A DNA stretch of 60,920 bases, filler included. It is 7 parts of 7 records of this genome, joined end to end, with 100 filler letters (N's around TTAATTAATTAA, not from the genome) between each part and the next. Parts side by side here need not be neighbours in the genome. Positions count along the whole stretch, not along the records: positions 1 to 13,712 come from SRR20825010_6241; 6 more parts are not named here. One strand, written 5' to 3'. Below, piece by piece: positions 1-11,187 of the stretch. The translations under genes were made by a program, and so were the position numbers. The first letter of the stretch is position 1; each line of letters opens with the position of its first letter. The notes beneath the pieces were generated by a model. It did no database searches, had not been told where the DNA came from, and saw nothing but the letters and a program-made list of their open reading frames with translations.

Positions 1-414
1 TTTGAACTTTTCTTTGATTATAAAATTTGGACAACTCTTTTCCAATAAAGTGTAAACTCTTTATAATCAAAATTACAGCCGTTTTTGCGAAGGCTACAGG
101 TTGGTATATGGCTCATACGTGAAAAATCGGCACGATTTTCCCACCGAGACTTAAAGGTGTGGAATAGCGCATAACATTGGTCAGAAAATCATCCGCAATG
201 TGTTGGATGAGCCGGATGGTTAAGACCACCAAAAACGGAAGATTTGAGCTGCCCAATATTTGATTTTAGTGAGTTGAAAATTAGATTTTTGTGTTAGTTT
301 TGAAAGTGCTCAATTTTGTCCGGCGAAGGAGGTATACTATGTCCGGCGTTTCCATTATATCTAACGCTTCCAAATTTTTGTTCGGTTTTGAAATAGACCC
401 AAATGACTGTAGCT

Positions 415-1137
415 TTACTTGATTTTAAAACTATAGAGGTAAGGTGCTCTATGGGCTCCTCCTGTAAATAGCTTTTCATGACGGACCAAGCTTTTTGTAG
501 CCAGCATCCTCCGTTGGAATGCGGTACGCTTAAAGGTTTCGCCCATTATCTTTTCATAGGCATTCTGCAATTCTTTCATGGTAAATTTTGTAGGAAGCAG
601 ATTCATGCCCAACAATTTTTTGTCCAGATTTTCACGTATGGTTTCAAGTGCTTTTTGGACAATTTCCTCATGGTCCATCATCAATGGGGGAAGTTCATCC
701 AATGAATACCATTCAATACTGTCGGCCAAAGAATCAGGAATGGGATTGACTTCTTCAAAATTGATCAATGCATAATAGGCGATGGAAATAAACCGGTCCA
801 ATAGCCATTCATGAGCCTTGATGTCCAATCCATTCATTTCCAATATTCGCTCCATGGCTTTGGAATCAAATCTATCGAGATCCCCGAAAGTATGGAACTG
901 CTCCAAATAAAGGTCTTCTATTCCTGTGCGCTCCATTACACCTTTGGTGACAGCATCTTTGAGACTTTCGTTTCGTTTTACAAAACCTCCAGGCAAAGCG
1001 AATAAGCCGGTGTTTTGATATTCCAACACCAAAATTTTTAACTGCTTTCCATTGAAACCAAATATGACAGAATCAAATGCGATATGGGAAAGATAGTCTT
1101 CCTTTTTAGGCCCCAGTGAATGTTTGTCAGTGTTCAA
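415..1137 (-). CDS. NrtR-family transcriptional regulator (Nudix-like sensor + C-terminal winged HTH)
   Basis: DSVIFGF..LPGGFV Nudix-like N-terminus with degenerate Nudix box (KGVMERTG); C-terminal FTMKELQNAYE..FQRRML..GGAHRAPYLY typical of NrtR; TTG start. Confidence 0.9.
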   Translation of the reverse strand: MNTDKHSLGPKKEDYLSHIAFDSVIFGFNGKQLKILVLEYQNTGLFALPGGFVKRNESLKDAVTKGVMERTGIEDLYLEQFHTFGDLDRFDSKAMERILEMNGLDIKAHEWLLDRFISIAYYALINFEEVNPIPDSLADSIEWYSLDELPPLMMDHEEIVQKALETIRENLDKKLLGMNLLPTKFTMKELQNAYEKIMGETFKRTAFQRRMLATKSLVRHEKLFTGGAHRAPYLYSFKIK

Positions 1138-1184
1138 AATAGATTTTTTGTAAATAAAGCGTGAAAAGTCGAAAAAACAAAGTA

Positions 1185-1209
1185 TTATTGTAACAATATG
1201 TTACAATAA
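1185..1209. promoter_or_regulatory. Perfect palindrome, candidate operator of the NrtR-family regulator
   Basis: TTATTGTAACA-ATA-TGTTACAATAA (11-bp arms) in the 91-bp divergent intergenic region. Confidence 0.7.
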
Positions 1210-1228
1210 CAAAGAGAACAAACGCACA

Positions 1229-2857
1229 ATGAAGAAATTAGCTATCAACTTAATGATTTTATTAGGATTTGGCATTAGTGCTCATGCACAGAACACTAAT
1301 GCCTTTCCAGTCCAAGTGAAACTGAAAAACGGAACAATTGAAGGACTTTATGACACACATTCGGGCATCCAAAAGTACTTTGGGATTCCCTTTGCAAAAC
1401 CACCTGTAGGGGAACTTCGCTGGAAAGCTCCCCAACCTTTGGATGCATGGGAAGGTGTTAAGGAAACAAAAGCATTCGGTCCTCGACCTATACAGGCTAT
1501 GGTATTCGGGGATATGAAATCCCGCTCAAAAGGTTTGAGTGAGGACTGTCTATACTTAAATGTATGGACACCTGCTAAACACAGCGAAAAAGACCTTCCT
1601 GTTTTGGTCTATTTCTATGGAGGAGGAAACGTTGCTGGAGATGCATCCGAGTATAGATATGATGGTGAGAGCATGGCCAAAAAGGGCATTGTGGTCGTGA
1701 CAACCAATTATCGCCTGAATATTTTCGGGAATTTAGCACACCCTGAACTGACCGCAGAGGCCCCGTATAAAGCATCTGGTAATTACGGTCAATTGGATCA
1801 GAACATGGCCCTCAAGTGGGTGCAGGAGAATATTACAGCATTTGGTGGTAATCCCGAGAAAGTGACCATTGCAGGAGAGTCTGCAGGTTCCATAGGCGTG
1901 AGTGTACAGATGGCCTCCCCCTTGTCAAAAAGCCTTATTGCAGGGGCAATAGGGGAAAGTGGAGCGGCAATTTCACCTACAATGGCTCCTGTTTCCTTGG
2001 AAGAGGCAGAGAAACAAGGAACACAGTTTCTTGAAAGCACAGGTGTGGAAAATATAGCCGAGCTAAGGAAACTGAGCACAAGAGAAATCTATGAAAAGTA
2101 TAACGACTCCAAAAGGTTTGGTTTTCCCATGGTAATTGATGGCTATCTTCTACCCAAAACGCTGCCTGAAATTTTTGCTTCGAAACAACAGGCCCAAGTA
2201 CCGTTATTGGTTGGATGGAATTCTGCGGAAATACCGGGTATGGCATTTACACAGGGCCCAATCACAAAAGAGGCTTTTGTTGAAAAGGTAAAGCAAAACT
2301 ATCCCAAGAAATATGAGGAGGTTTTGGAACTCTATCCTCATGGCACATCCACGGAAGTAGAATGGGCAGCGACCAATCTCGCATCCGATAACTTTATAGT
2401 TTACAGTACTTGGAAATGGTTCGATTTGCACCGTAAAAACTCAGACCAACCGGTTTATCGATATCTATACAGCAAGATACGTCCACCCTTACGTGATCAA
2501 AATAAAGTTTCGGGATTGGCGGGCGGAACCGTAGAAAGGGATTCCGGAGCACCTCAAATGCCCAAGGCAATCGGGGCGCCACATGCCGCAGAAATCGAAT
2601 ATGCTATGGGCAATTTACATCTTGTGGATGATTATGCCTGGACCGCCGATGATTATAAAGCATCCGACACCATGCAGGAGTTCTTTGCGAACTTTATTAA
2701 AACAGGTGACCCTAATGATGGGGAGCTTCCTACTTGGGATGCCGCCAAAGCAAATGATGGTAATCCTCCTGTAATGGTCATTGATACCAAAAGCGAATTG
2801 ATCAAAGCATCGAACGATGCTCGCTATAACTTTTTAGACCAAGTTTATAAAAATTGA
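1229..2857 (+). CDS. Secreted type-B carboxylesterase
   Basis: Signal peptide; GIPFAKPPVGELRW, SEDCLYLNVW, GESAG nucleophile, HAAEI catalytic His. Confidence 0.95.
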   Translation: MKKLAINLMILLGFGISAHAQNTNAFPVQVKLKNGTIEGLYDTHSGIQKYFGIPFAKPPVGELRWKAPQPLDAWEGVKETKAFGPRPIQAMVFGDMKSRSKGLSEDCLYLNVWTPAKHSEKDLPVLVYFYGGGNVAGDASEYRYDGESMAKKGIVVVTTNYRLNIFGNLAHPELTAEAPYKASGNYGQLDQNMALKWVQENITAFGGNPEKVTIAGESAGSIGVSVQMASPLSKSLIAGAIGESGAAISPTMAPVSLEEAEKQGTQFLESTGVENIAELRKLSTREIYEKYNDSKRFGFPMVIDGYLLPKTLPEIFASKQQAQVPLLVGWNSAEIPGMAFTQGPITKEAFVEKVKQNYPKKYEEVLELYPHGTSTEVEWAATNLASDNFIVYSTWKWFDLHRKNSDQPVYRYLYSKIRPPLRDQNKVSGLAGGTVERDSGAPQMPKAIGAPHAAEIEYAMGNLHLVDDYAWTADDYKASDTMQEFFANFIKTGDPNDGELPTWDAAKANDGNPPVMVIDTKSELIKASNDARYNFLDQVYKN

Positions 2858-4158
2858 TTCTCTTTACTGGAATAGCGATTACTGTGGTATTGCTGGCACT
2901 TATCCTTTCTAAAAAGGTAAGTGCCCTTTCCGCTTTGATTCTGGTCCCTATTATAGGTTCGTTGATTGCTGGCTTTGGTCTGGATACCGCAGATTTTGCC
3001 ATACAAGGCATCAAGAATATTGCACCGGTGGTCGCCATGTTCGTCTTCGCCATATTGTTTTTTGGTGTTTTGACCGATGCTGGGATGTTCGACCCGATTA
3101 TCAATACCATCCTTAGATTGGTGGGGCGCAATCCAGTAAAAATTACCATAGGTACGGCCATTCTTTCAATGATTGTTCACTTGGACGGTTCTGGAGCGGT
3201 TACTTTTCTCATTGCCGTTCCCGCTATGTTGCCTCTTTTTGAGGAGCTCAAAATGGACAAAAGGGTATTGGCCTGTGTTGTTGCCCTTGGTGCAGGAACA
3301 ATGAACCTCGTCCCTTGGGGCGGACCTACCATTCGGGCAGCTACGGCACTACAGGTCGAGATAACGGAATTGTACACTCCTGTAATGATACCCCAATTGT
3401 TCGGAATATTGTTTGTTTTGGTCATTGCATGGTATTTAGGCTCAAAAGAGGCTAAAAGGCTTCAACTGGGTTCCATGGATGATGATAAAGTTGACGGGTA
3501 TCAGAAAAAAGTTTCAGAAGAAGAAAAAAGGATGAGAAGGCCTCAATTGTTCTGGTTCAATATCTTGTTGACCATTGCAGTGATTGTATTGCTGATCATG
3601 GGTATTGTCGCACCTGCACTGCTATTTATGCTAGGTACCATAATTGCCCTAATGGTAAACTATCCAAACCTTAAAGATCAAGCTTCCCGGATAGATTCCC
3701 ACGCAAAAGCATCCCTTTTGATGGCAAGTATCCTACTGGCAGCGGGTGTCTTTACCGGCATCATGACAGAATCCGGTATGATTGCTGAAATGGCAAGTGC
3801 AATGGCTGATGTAATTCCTGATGGTGCAGGGGAACAAATTCCGCTCATCATGGCAGTCACTAGCATGCCCTTGAGCTTTGTTTTTGACCCAGATTCCTTC
3901 TATTTTGGATTTTTGCCCGTGATATCTGAAGTAGCAGGTCAATTTAATGTAGAACCCATTAGTGTGGGTCAGGCCGCCATATTGGGGCAAATGACCACTG
4001 GGTTTCCATTGAGCCCATTGACAGCAACGACATTCTTGCTCATCGGTTTGGCAAAAGTGGATTTAGCGGAACATCAGCGGTTTACTTTTAAATATGCATT
4101 CGGTGCGACCATTGTTATGACCATTGTATCTATATTAATAGGAACTATTCCCATATAA
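2854..4158 (+). CDS. CitMHS-family citrate/carboxylate:H+ transporter
   Basis: Highly hydrophobic 434 aa; HLDGSGAVTF, NLVPWGGPT, DSFYFG motifs; TTG start overlaps upstream stop. Confidence 0.85.
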   Translation: MILFTGIAITVVLLALILSKKVSALSALILVPIIGSLIAGFGLDTADFAIQGIKNIAPVVAMFVFAILFFGVLTDAGMFDPIINTILRLVGRNPVKITIGTAILSMIVHLDGSGAVTFLIAVPAMLPLFEELKMDKRVLACVVALGAGTMNLVPWGGPTIRAATALQVEITELYTPVMIPQLFGILFVLVIAWYLGSKEAKRLQLGSMDDDKVDGYQKKVSEEEKRMRRPQLFWFNILLTIAVIVLLIMGIVAPALLFMLGTIIALMVNYPNLKDQASRIDSHAKASLLMASILLAAGVFTGIMTESGMIAEMASAMADVIPDGAGEQIPLIMAVTSMPLSFVFDPDSFYFGFLPVISEVAGQFNVEPISVGQAAILGQMTTGFPLSPLTATTFLLIGLAKVDLAEHQRFTFKYAFGATIVMTIVSILIGTIPI

Positions 4159-4161
4159 AGC

Positions 4162-5505
4162 ATGATACCAGAAAAAATTATTCGCATTGGCTCGGGAGCA
4201 GGGTATTCGGGTGACCGGATAGAACCCGCTGTGGACCTGATAAAAGAGGGCAATTTGGATTATATCATATTCGAATGTCTTGCAGAGCGGACCATTGCCT
4301 TGGCACAATTGCAGAAAATGCAGGATCCTGAGCTGGGATATGACCCTTTATTGGAAGAGCGGATGAAGGCCTGCTTGACGCATTGTGTTTCAAAAAAGGT
4401 TAAACTTATCAGCAATATGGGAGCGGCCAATCCATTGGCAGCAGCAAAGAAGACCGCAACGATTGCCCAAGAACTTGGTCTAACCAACTTAAAAATAGCC
4501 GCCGTGTTCGGGGATGATGTTATGCCCATGTTGGATTTCAGCACACAGACCTTTTTGGAAAGCGGCGAACCCCTATCGGTTTTAGGGAATAAAATCATTT
4601 CCGCAAATGCTTATATGGGCGTTGAGGGAATTTTAATAGCATTGGAAGAAGGGGCTGATATCATATTGACAGGAAGAGTGGCCGACCCTTCCCTGTTCTT
4701 GGCTCCACTTATCCATGAATTCGATTGGTCGATGAATGACTATCCACTCTTGGGAAAAGGAACGGTCTTAGGGCATTTAATGGAATGTGCGGGCCAAGTA
4801 TGTGGGGGCTATTTTGCCGATGGAGTAAAAAAACAAGTTCAGAACTTGGGCAATCTGGGGTATCCCATTGCAGAAATAAAGAATGATGGCTCATTCCATA
4901 TTACCAAATTAAAGGATTCGGGTGGTATGGTGACACCTGCAACATGTAAAGAACAATTGTTGTACGAGGTACATGATCCTTCCGCATATTTGACACCTGA
5001 TGTGGTTGCGGACTTTTCCAATATAACGTTAAAGGAGATAGAAAAGGACAAAGTTGAAGTTTATGGTGCTTCGGGAAAGACATTGACTGGAAAGTTGAAA
5101 GTTTCGGTGGGGTATCATGATGGTTACATGGCTGAAGCGCAAATAAGTTATGGCGGGAGCTATGCATTGGAAAGGGGCCAATTGGCCATTGAAATTGTCA
5201 AGGAACGACTTGAAGCCAGGAATCTCGTAGTAGAAGATATTCTTTTTGACCTTATCGGAATCAATAGCCTTTTTAAAGAGTATAATTCAGACATCAACCC
5301 TCAAGAAGTACGGTTGCGTGTAGCGGCCAAAACCAAAACCAAGGAAGCAGCCGTAAAATTGGTGAATGAAGTGGAAACCCTATATACCAATGGTCCGGCA
5401 GCCGGTGGCGGTATTTCCAAGTTAGTTACGGAGGTCATAGCCATTCAATCCATTTTGATTGACAAAAAAAAGGTGGTGCCGCAGGTTGAATATTTTGAAA
5501 GTTAA
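4162..5505 (+). CDS. AtuA-family (DUF1446) protein
   Basis: IRIGSGAGYSGDR, FECLAERT, TGRVADPS, GHLMECAGQVCGG, EQLLYEVHDP motifs. Confidence 0.9.
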   Translation: MIPEKIIRIGSGAGYSGDRIEPAVDLIKEGNLDYIIFECLAERTIALAQLQKMQDPELGYDPLLEERMKACLTHCVSKKVKLISNMGAANPLAAAKKTATIAQELGLTNLKIAAVFGDDVMPMLDFSTQTFLESGEPLSVLGNKIISANAYMGVEGILIALEEGADIILTGRVADPSLFLAPLIHEFDWSMNDYPLLGKGTVLGHLMECAGQVCGGYFADGVKKQVQNLGNLGYPIAEIKNDGSFHITKLKDSGGMVTPATCKEQLLYEVHDPSAYLTPDVVADFSNITLKEIEKDKVEVYGASGKTLTGKLKVSVGYHDGYMAEAQISYGGSYALERGQLAIEIVKERLEARNLVVEDILFDLIGINSLFKEYNSDINPQEVRLRVAAKTKTKEAAVKLVNEVETLYTNGPAAGGGISKLVTEVIAIQSILIDKKKVVPQVEYFES

Positions 5506-5507
5506 TT

Positions 5508-5819
5508 ATGAAACTTAAAGAGATAGCACATTCGCGAACAGGAGACAAAGGGGACATGGTAAATATTTCTGTGATTGCCTTTGATGAGAAGGATTATCCC
5601 ATAATTCAAAAAAAAGTGACCGCCGAAAAAGTCAAGCTTTTTTTGGGTGAAACTATTCAAGGGGAAATAATACGGTATGAGGTTGCAACATTGGGAGCAA
5701 TCAATTTTGTAATGCACAAAGCTCTTAGGGGAGGGGTCACCCGTTCGTTGCGATTGGATAAACACGGCAAGACATTGTCCTCTATTCTGTTGGAAATGCC
5801 CATAAATACTAACGATTAA
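5508..5819 (+). CDS. AtuA-related small protein (AtuA C-terminal-like domain)
   Basis: AHSRTGDKGD..ALRGGVTRSLRLDKHGKTLS motif; 2 bp after atuA-like gene. Confidence 0.85.
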   Translation: MKLKEIAHSRTGDKGDMVNISVIAFDEKDYPIIQKKVTAEKVKLFLGETIQGEIIRYEVATLGAINFVMHKALRGGVTRSLRLDKHGKTLSSILLEMPINTND

Positions 5820-5826
5820 AAACAAA

Positions 5827-6858
5827 TTGATGAAAACGTTTTTACACTTCACATTGTTGATTTTCGCCTTTCAGATAATACATGCGCAATCTGAAACGGG
5901 GAGTATTGTCATTGATTCCATTTATTCGGAGCATTTGGTGAATGATTTTGGAGAGAACCCTACCCGGAAAGTAGGGGTATATCTTCCACCTAACTATGGA
6001 ACCGAAACCAAAAAATATCCGGTCATCTATTTTTTACATGGATTTTATGGGGACCATACCCTATTGGAACCTATGAAGGAAATTTTGGATTTTGCCATAG
6101 CCACTAAACGTATTCGACCCTTTATTCTAGTGATACCCGACCAAAAAACAACTTACGAGGGAAGTTTCTATTCCAATTCTGGAATTTTTGGAAACTGGGA
6201 AGATTTTACGGTAGAGGATTTGGTTGCCTATATGGACAAGAATTATCGTACCATCCCCAAAAAGGAAAGTCGTGGGATAACCGGGCATAGTATGGGCGGT
6301 TATGGAGCCTTGAATATTGCCATGAAACACCCCGATGTATTCAATACAGTGTACGCCATCAGTCCAGGAGCTCTGGCCATAGTTAGGGAATATGGCCCCA
6401 ATAGCGACACCTTTAAGGAACTATCTGAAATATCCACCTATGAAGCATTGGAAAAAACCTACTTTGGAAAAGTAATGGTGGCATTTGCACGCTCATGGTC
6501 GCCGAATCCCAACAATCCGCCTTTTTATTGCGATTTTCCATTTGGATACGAAGATGGGGAATTGGTCATACACCAAGAAATACTCAAAAAATGGCACGAT
6601 AATATGCCGTTCTACAACCTTGAGAATTACATAGACAACTTGAAAAGTTTAAAGGCCATCAAAATGGATTGGGGTCGAAATGCAGGAGAACGCTTCACGC
6701 AACAATGCAAAATGTTCAGTATTAAATTGGAGAATCTGGGCATTGATCATTTTGCAGAAGAATATATCGGAACCCATGTCAACAATATATACACGAAAGA
6801 TGGGCGTATTCCACAACAGGTGTTGCCCTTTTTTGAATATTATCTGGAATTTAGATAA
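5827..6858 (+). CDS. Secreted alpha/beta-hydrolase esterase (CE1-like)
   Basis: Signal peptide; VYLPPNY..YPVIYFLHG; GHSMGG nucleophile. Confidence 0.85.
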   Translation: MMKTFLHFTLLIFAFQIIHAQSETGSIVIDSIYSEHLVNDFGENPTRKVGVYLPPNYGTETKKYPVIYFLHGFYGDHTLLEPMKEILDFAIATKRIRPFILVIPDQKTTYEGSFYSNSGIFGNWEDFTVEDLVAYMDKNYRTIPKKESRGITGHSMGGYGALNIAMKHPDVFNTVYAISPGALAIVREYGPNSDTFKELSEISTYEALEKTYFGKVMVAFARSWSPNPNNPPFYCDFPFGYEDGELVIHQEILKKWHDNMPFYNLENYIDNLKSLKAIKMDWGRNAGERFTQQCKMFSIKLENLGIDHFAEEYIGTHVNNIYTKDGRIPQQVLPFFEYYLEFR

Positions 6859-6977
6859 CGACAATAAGGCTGTAGGTTAAACTGGGATATCAATATTCTT
6901 TACACTTGAATGATTGAGTAATTCATCAAACGGATTTTTCCAAAAAGTTATTTATCATCCATTTCTAAAATTATCTA

Positions 6978-6991
6978 CGAAAACCATTTCG
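6978..6991. promoter_or_regulatory. Possible LacI-type operator upstream of xylB
   Basis: CGAAA-ACCA-TTTCG imperfect palindrome; LacI gene follows xylA. Confidence 0.35.
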
Positions 6992-7169
6992 AAACGCTGA
7001 TGATTAATTGGTGTTGTCATAAATTGCTGTAAAACAGTGAGTTAATTGATTTCTTTTGAACAGTTCAATTCGAGCCTAAACAATCTTGCTTTGGATTGTT
7101 TTAACTTAAAGAACACTTTTGAACTGGGCATTTTTTATATTTAACCATATAGTTCAACAATTAACTTTC

Positions 7170-8657
7170 ATGTATTATATAGGTATTGATTTGGGCAGTT
7201 CTTCAATAAAGATTGCACTGGTCGAAGCGTCCACAGGTAAAAAAGTAACGGTCGTACAGGAGCCGGAAGAAGAAATGTCCATGATGGCCACAAAACCAGG
7301 TTGGGCGGAACAAAGCCCCGAACTTTGGTGGGAATTGGTATGCAAGGGGATTAAAAGAATTTTAAAGGATCATAAGATATCGCCGGCCAATATTTCAGGG
7401 TTGGGAATTGCATATCAAATGCATGGACTTGTTATTGTGGATACCGACGGCATACCACTAAGAAACTCCATTATTTGGTGTGATAGTCGTGCCGTGGAAA
7501 TTGGCAACCGTGCCTACAAGGAAATGGGCGAGGAAAAGTGTGATACCAGATTATTGAACGCCCCTGGAAATTTTACAGCATCCAAATTAGCCTGGGTCCG
7601 CGAAAATGAGCCCGAAGTGTTTGATAAAGTCTATAAATTTATGCTGCCCGGCGATTATATAGGGTACAGACTGACTGGTAAAATAGCTTCAACCATATCA
7701 GGTTTATCAGAAGGTGTTTTTTGGGATTTCGTGGAGAACCAGGTTTCCAAAGAGGTCCTAAAACATTATGGAATTCCAGAATCCATGGTCCCCGATACGG
7801 TAGATACTTTTGGGAACCAAGGAGAGGTATCCAAAGAAGGTGCACAACAAAGCGGTCTATTGGAAGGTACACCAATTTTGTATCGTTCAGGGGACCAGCC
7901 CAACAATGCACTGTCCCTTAACATTTTTGAACCGGGTGAAGTGGCTGCTACAGGCGGCACTTCGGGAGTAGTATATGCCATTACGGACAATCTTTCGGTT
8001 AAGGAAAGCTCTCGGGTCAATAACTTTGCCCATGTCAACTATCGTCAGGATACTCACACTAGAATAGGAAAGCTGCTATGTATCAATGGGTCCGGTATAC
8101 AATATAGATGGCTTCTGAACAACCTAGATGTATCCTCCTATGAAGAAATGAACGATTTGGCATCGAAAATAGGAATTGGTTCGGACGGACTCAGTATAAT
8201 TCCCTTTGGTAACGGAGCTGAGCGTATGTTGAACAACCAAGATATCGGTACCCGCATTGTGAACCTTGACCTTAATAGACACTCAAAGGCACATCTCTGT
8301 CGGGCCGCCTTGGAGGGGATTGCATTTTCCTTTGTATACGGTATGGAAATCATGAGTTCGGATGGCGCAAAGGCAAAGGTTATAAGGGCAGGCAACGATA
8401 ATCTATTTAGGTCTGCCATATTTGCCGGTACCATTTCTACCCTAATTCAAGAAGAAATAGAAATATACAATACAACGGGCGCCATAGGTGCGGCCAGAGC
8501 ATGTGCCATATATGAACATGGCCAAGAAAAGTTTACATCTTATATGGACAACGACCATGTGATGACCTATAGGCCCCATGAAAACAAGGAGCTCTATCAA
8601 AAGGCATATGAGAATTGGAAAAATGAACTACAACTAATATTAAAAACCAAAAAATAA
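7170..8657 (+). CDS. xylB: Xylulokinase (FGGY family)
   Basis: [30 protein letters not shown]; adjacent to xylA; ATG 7170 preferred to upstream TTG. Confidence 0.93.
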   Translation: MYYIGIDLGSSSIKIALVEASTGKKVTVVQEPEEEMSMMATKPGWAEQSPELWWELVCKGIKRILKDHKISPANISGLGIAYQMHGLVIVDTDGIPLRNSIIWCDSRAVEIGNRAYKEMGEEKCDTRLLNAPGNFTASKLAWVRENEPEVFDKVYKFMLPGDYIGYRLTGKIASTISGLSEGVFWDFVENQVSKEVLKHYGIPESMVPDTVDTFGNQGEVSKEGAQQSGLLEGTPILYRSGDQPNNALSLNIFEPGEVAATGGTSGVVYAITDNLSVKESSRVNNFAHVNYRQDTHTRIGKLLCINGSGIQYRWLLNNLDVSSYEEMNDLASKIGIGSDGLSIIPFGNGAERMLNNQDIGTRIVNLDLNRHSKAHLCRAALEGIAFSFVYGMEIMSSDGAKAKVIRAGNDNLFRSAIFAGTISTLIQEEIEIYNTTGAIGAARACAIYEHGQEKFTSYMDNDHVMTYRPHENKELYQKAYENWKNELQLILKTKK

Positions 8658-9982
8658 TGGCACATTTAGGCAACAAAGAATATTTCACCGGAATAGGTGA
8701 TATTAAATTTGAAGGAAAGGAATCCGACAACCCTTTGGCATTTAAATTTTATAATCCGGACCAAGTGGTGGCGGGCAAAACCATGAGGGAACATTTTAAG
8801 TTTGCCATGGCTTATTGGCATACGCTATGTGGAACAGGGGGAGACCCTTTTGGACCTGGCACCAAACAGTTTCCATGGTCTGTGGATAAAGACCCAATTA
8901 AGGCAGCAAAGGATAAGGCCGATGCCGCTTTCGAGTTTGTGACCAAAATGGGATTCGATTATTATTGCTTCCATGATTTTGACTTGGTGGATGAGGCAGA
9001 TTCTTTGGCCGAATCCGAAAAACGATTGTCTACCATAGTGGATTATTTGAAGGAAAAGCAATCTGCCTCTGGTGTAAAATTGCTCTGGGGCACCGCCAAT
9101 TGCTTTTCAAACCCTCGTTACATGAACGGTGCAGCTTCCAATCCCAATTTTGATGTACTGGCCTATGCCGGTGCACAAGTGAAAATGGCTCTGGACGCTA
9201 CTATTGCACTTGGAGGTGAAAATTATGTGTTTTGGGGAGGTCGTGAAGGATACATGTCTCTATTGAACACGGATATGAAACGGGAGCAGGACAATATAGG
9301 CCGATTTTTGGGCATGGCTCGGGACTATGCTCGCAAGCAAGGTTTCAAAGGAACTTTCTTTATCGAGCCAAAACCGATGGAACCCACAAAACATCAATAT
9401 GACTTTGATGCTGCTACCTCTATCAACTCTATACGGGAATACGGACTGGAGGATGATTTTAAGCTCAATATTGAAGTGAACCACGCCACCTTGGCACAAC
9501 ACACCTTTCAACACGAACTACAAGTCGCAGCCAATGCGGGGATGCTTGGAAGTATCGATGCTAACCGGGGTGACTATCAAAATGGTTGGGACACCGACCA
9601 GTTCCCTAATAATGTGCTAGAGGTAACCGAAGCCATGTTGGTCTTCCTCAAATCGGGTGGATTGCAAGGCGGAGGTGTCAATTTTGACGCCAAAACACGA
9701 AGAAACAGTACCGATATGGAGGATATTTTCTATGCCCACATAGGAGGCGCGGACACCTTTGCCAGGGCACTTTTGGCCGCTAATGCAATCATTGAGGAAT
9801 CTTCATACGAAGAACTTTTAAGTCAAAGGTATGCATCTTTTCAAGAGGGTAAAGGAGCTGAGTTCAGCTCAGGAAAATTGGAATTTTCCGATCTTTTTAA
9901 GCATGCTCTCGAAACAGGTGAGCCAAAACAGATTAGTGGCAAACAAGAGTTGTTCGAGAACATTGTTGGGAGATTTGTTTAG
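8657..9982 (+). CDS. xylA: Xylose isomerase (class II)
   Basis: [34 protein letters not shown]. Confidence 0.98.
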   Translation: MAHLGNKEYFTGIGDIKFEGKESDNPLAFKFYNPDQVVAGKTMREHFKFAMAYWHTLCGTGGDPFGPGTKQFPWSVDKDPIKAAKDKADAAFEFVTKMGFDYYCFHDFDLVDEADSLAESEKRLSTIVDYLKEKQSASGVKLLWGTANCFSNPRYMNGAASNPNFDVLAYAGAQVKMALDATIALGGENYVFWGGREGYMSLLNTDMKREQDNIGRFLGMARDYARKQGFKGTFFIEPKPMEPTKHQYDFDAATSINSIREYGLEDDFKLNIEVNHATLAQHTFQHELQVAANAGMLGSIDANRGDYQNGWDTDQFPNNVLEVTEAMLVFLKSGGLQGGGVNFDAKTRRNSTDMEDIFYAHIGGADTFARALLAANAIIEESSYEELLSQRYASFQEGKGAEFSSGKLEFSDLFKHALETGEPKQISGKQELFENIVGRFV

Positions 9983-10149
9983 TACTCCAAATAATTAAAA
10001 TTCACGTTTATACTGACCGCCCATTGAATTTTTTAAAATTCTGAATGGGCGGTTTGCCGTTAACTAAATTTCTTCTGGAATGCTCCTGCCCTAAAGATGG
10101 TTTCGATGATATTAAATTGCTATCTTTTAGAGCTATATTTATGGTATCC

Positions 10150-11187
10150 ATGAAAAAGTTGACCCTAAAGGCCATTGCTGCCCATTTTAATGTATCTGTA
10201 TCCACGGTTTCCAAAGCTATAAACGATAGCCATGAAATTAGTGAGGAGCTTAAGGTCAAGATCAGGAAATTTGCCAAACAGAACCACTACAAGCCCAATC
10301 GTGTAGCCCTCAACCTTTTGAATAGGAACACCAAGACAATTGGCGTGGTGATCCCTAATATTTTGAACTATTTTTTTGTCCAGGTCCTATTTGGTATAGA
10401 ACAGGTTGCCGATGAAAGGGGATATAGTATTATTACCTGCAGTACCAATGAATCTTTGGGAAAGGAGGTTAAGATTCTGGACTTCTTATGCTCAGGATCA
10501 GTGGACGGGGTTATTATTTCTACTGTTGCAGGAGAAGCTCAATTGTCCGAACACATTGCACATTTTGAGGAATTGTTACAAAAGCAGATTCCATTGGTCA
10601 TGTTTGATAGGGTAACCGAAATGATCGAGTGTGACAAAGTGGTCGTGGACGATATTGAGGCCGGTTACAAGGCCACAAAACATTTTTTGGAAACAGGGTG
10701 CCGCTCTTTGGCCATCATAAACCCAATCCCCAATTCTTCAATAGGTCGGTTAAGGATTGAAGGTTTTAAAAGAGCATTGAAGGAACAAGGCATTCCTTTT
10801 GATTCAGATATGGTGGTATCGCTCGGAGTTGAGGATGATCTAGAACTTACTCTTTCACTTTCTTTGAACTTGAAAGCACTAAATGGAATTTTGGTCTTTG
10901 ATGAGATTACTACCGTTAAGGTAATGGACCTTTTGCGCTCCAAGGGCTTTTTGATACCAAAGGATATCTCTGTAATCGGGTTTACCAATGGAGAACTATC
11001 AAGATACGCCAGTCCACCAGTAACAATGATCAGTCAGCATGGGCGATTTATCGGGGAGACCTCTGCCAATAAATTGATTGATAGGATAGAGGGAAAGGAC
11101 GATAAAGCGAAGTTTGAAACTAAGACTATAAAAACAAGTCTTGTGGTAAGGCAATCCACGCTTAGTATGGAACAACAAAATTCTTGA
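10150..11187 (+). CDS. LacI-family transcriptional regulator
   Basis: TLKAIAAHFNVSVSTVSKA HTH, YKPN hinge, periplasmic-binding-protein-like core; start at MKKLT (10141 also possible). Confidence 0.93.
   Translation: MKKLTLKAIAAHFNVSVSTVSKAINDSHEISEELKVKIRKFAKQNHYKPNRVALNLLNRNTKTIGVVIPNILNYFFVQVLFGIEQVADERGYSIITCSTNESLGKEVKILDFLCSGSVDGVIISTVAGEAQLSEHIAHFEELLQKQIPLVMFDRVTEMIECDKVVVDDIEAGYKATKHFLETGCRSLAIINPIPNSSIGRLRIEGFKRALKEQGIPFDSDMVVSLGVEDDLELTLSLSLNLKALNGILVFDEITTVKVMDLLRSKGFLIPKDISVIGFTNGELSRYASPPVTMISQHGRFIGETSANKLIDRIEGKDDKAKFETKTIKTSLVVRQSTLSMEQQNS

Noticed and set aside
80-400. Short hairpins (AAAATCG-GCA-CGATTTT at 123-139) and TGTCCGGCG twice; possible degenerate flavobacterial intergenic repeat
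   Set aside because: Single copy in the window, short arms, no transposase or integrase; cannot be supported without a search
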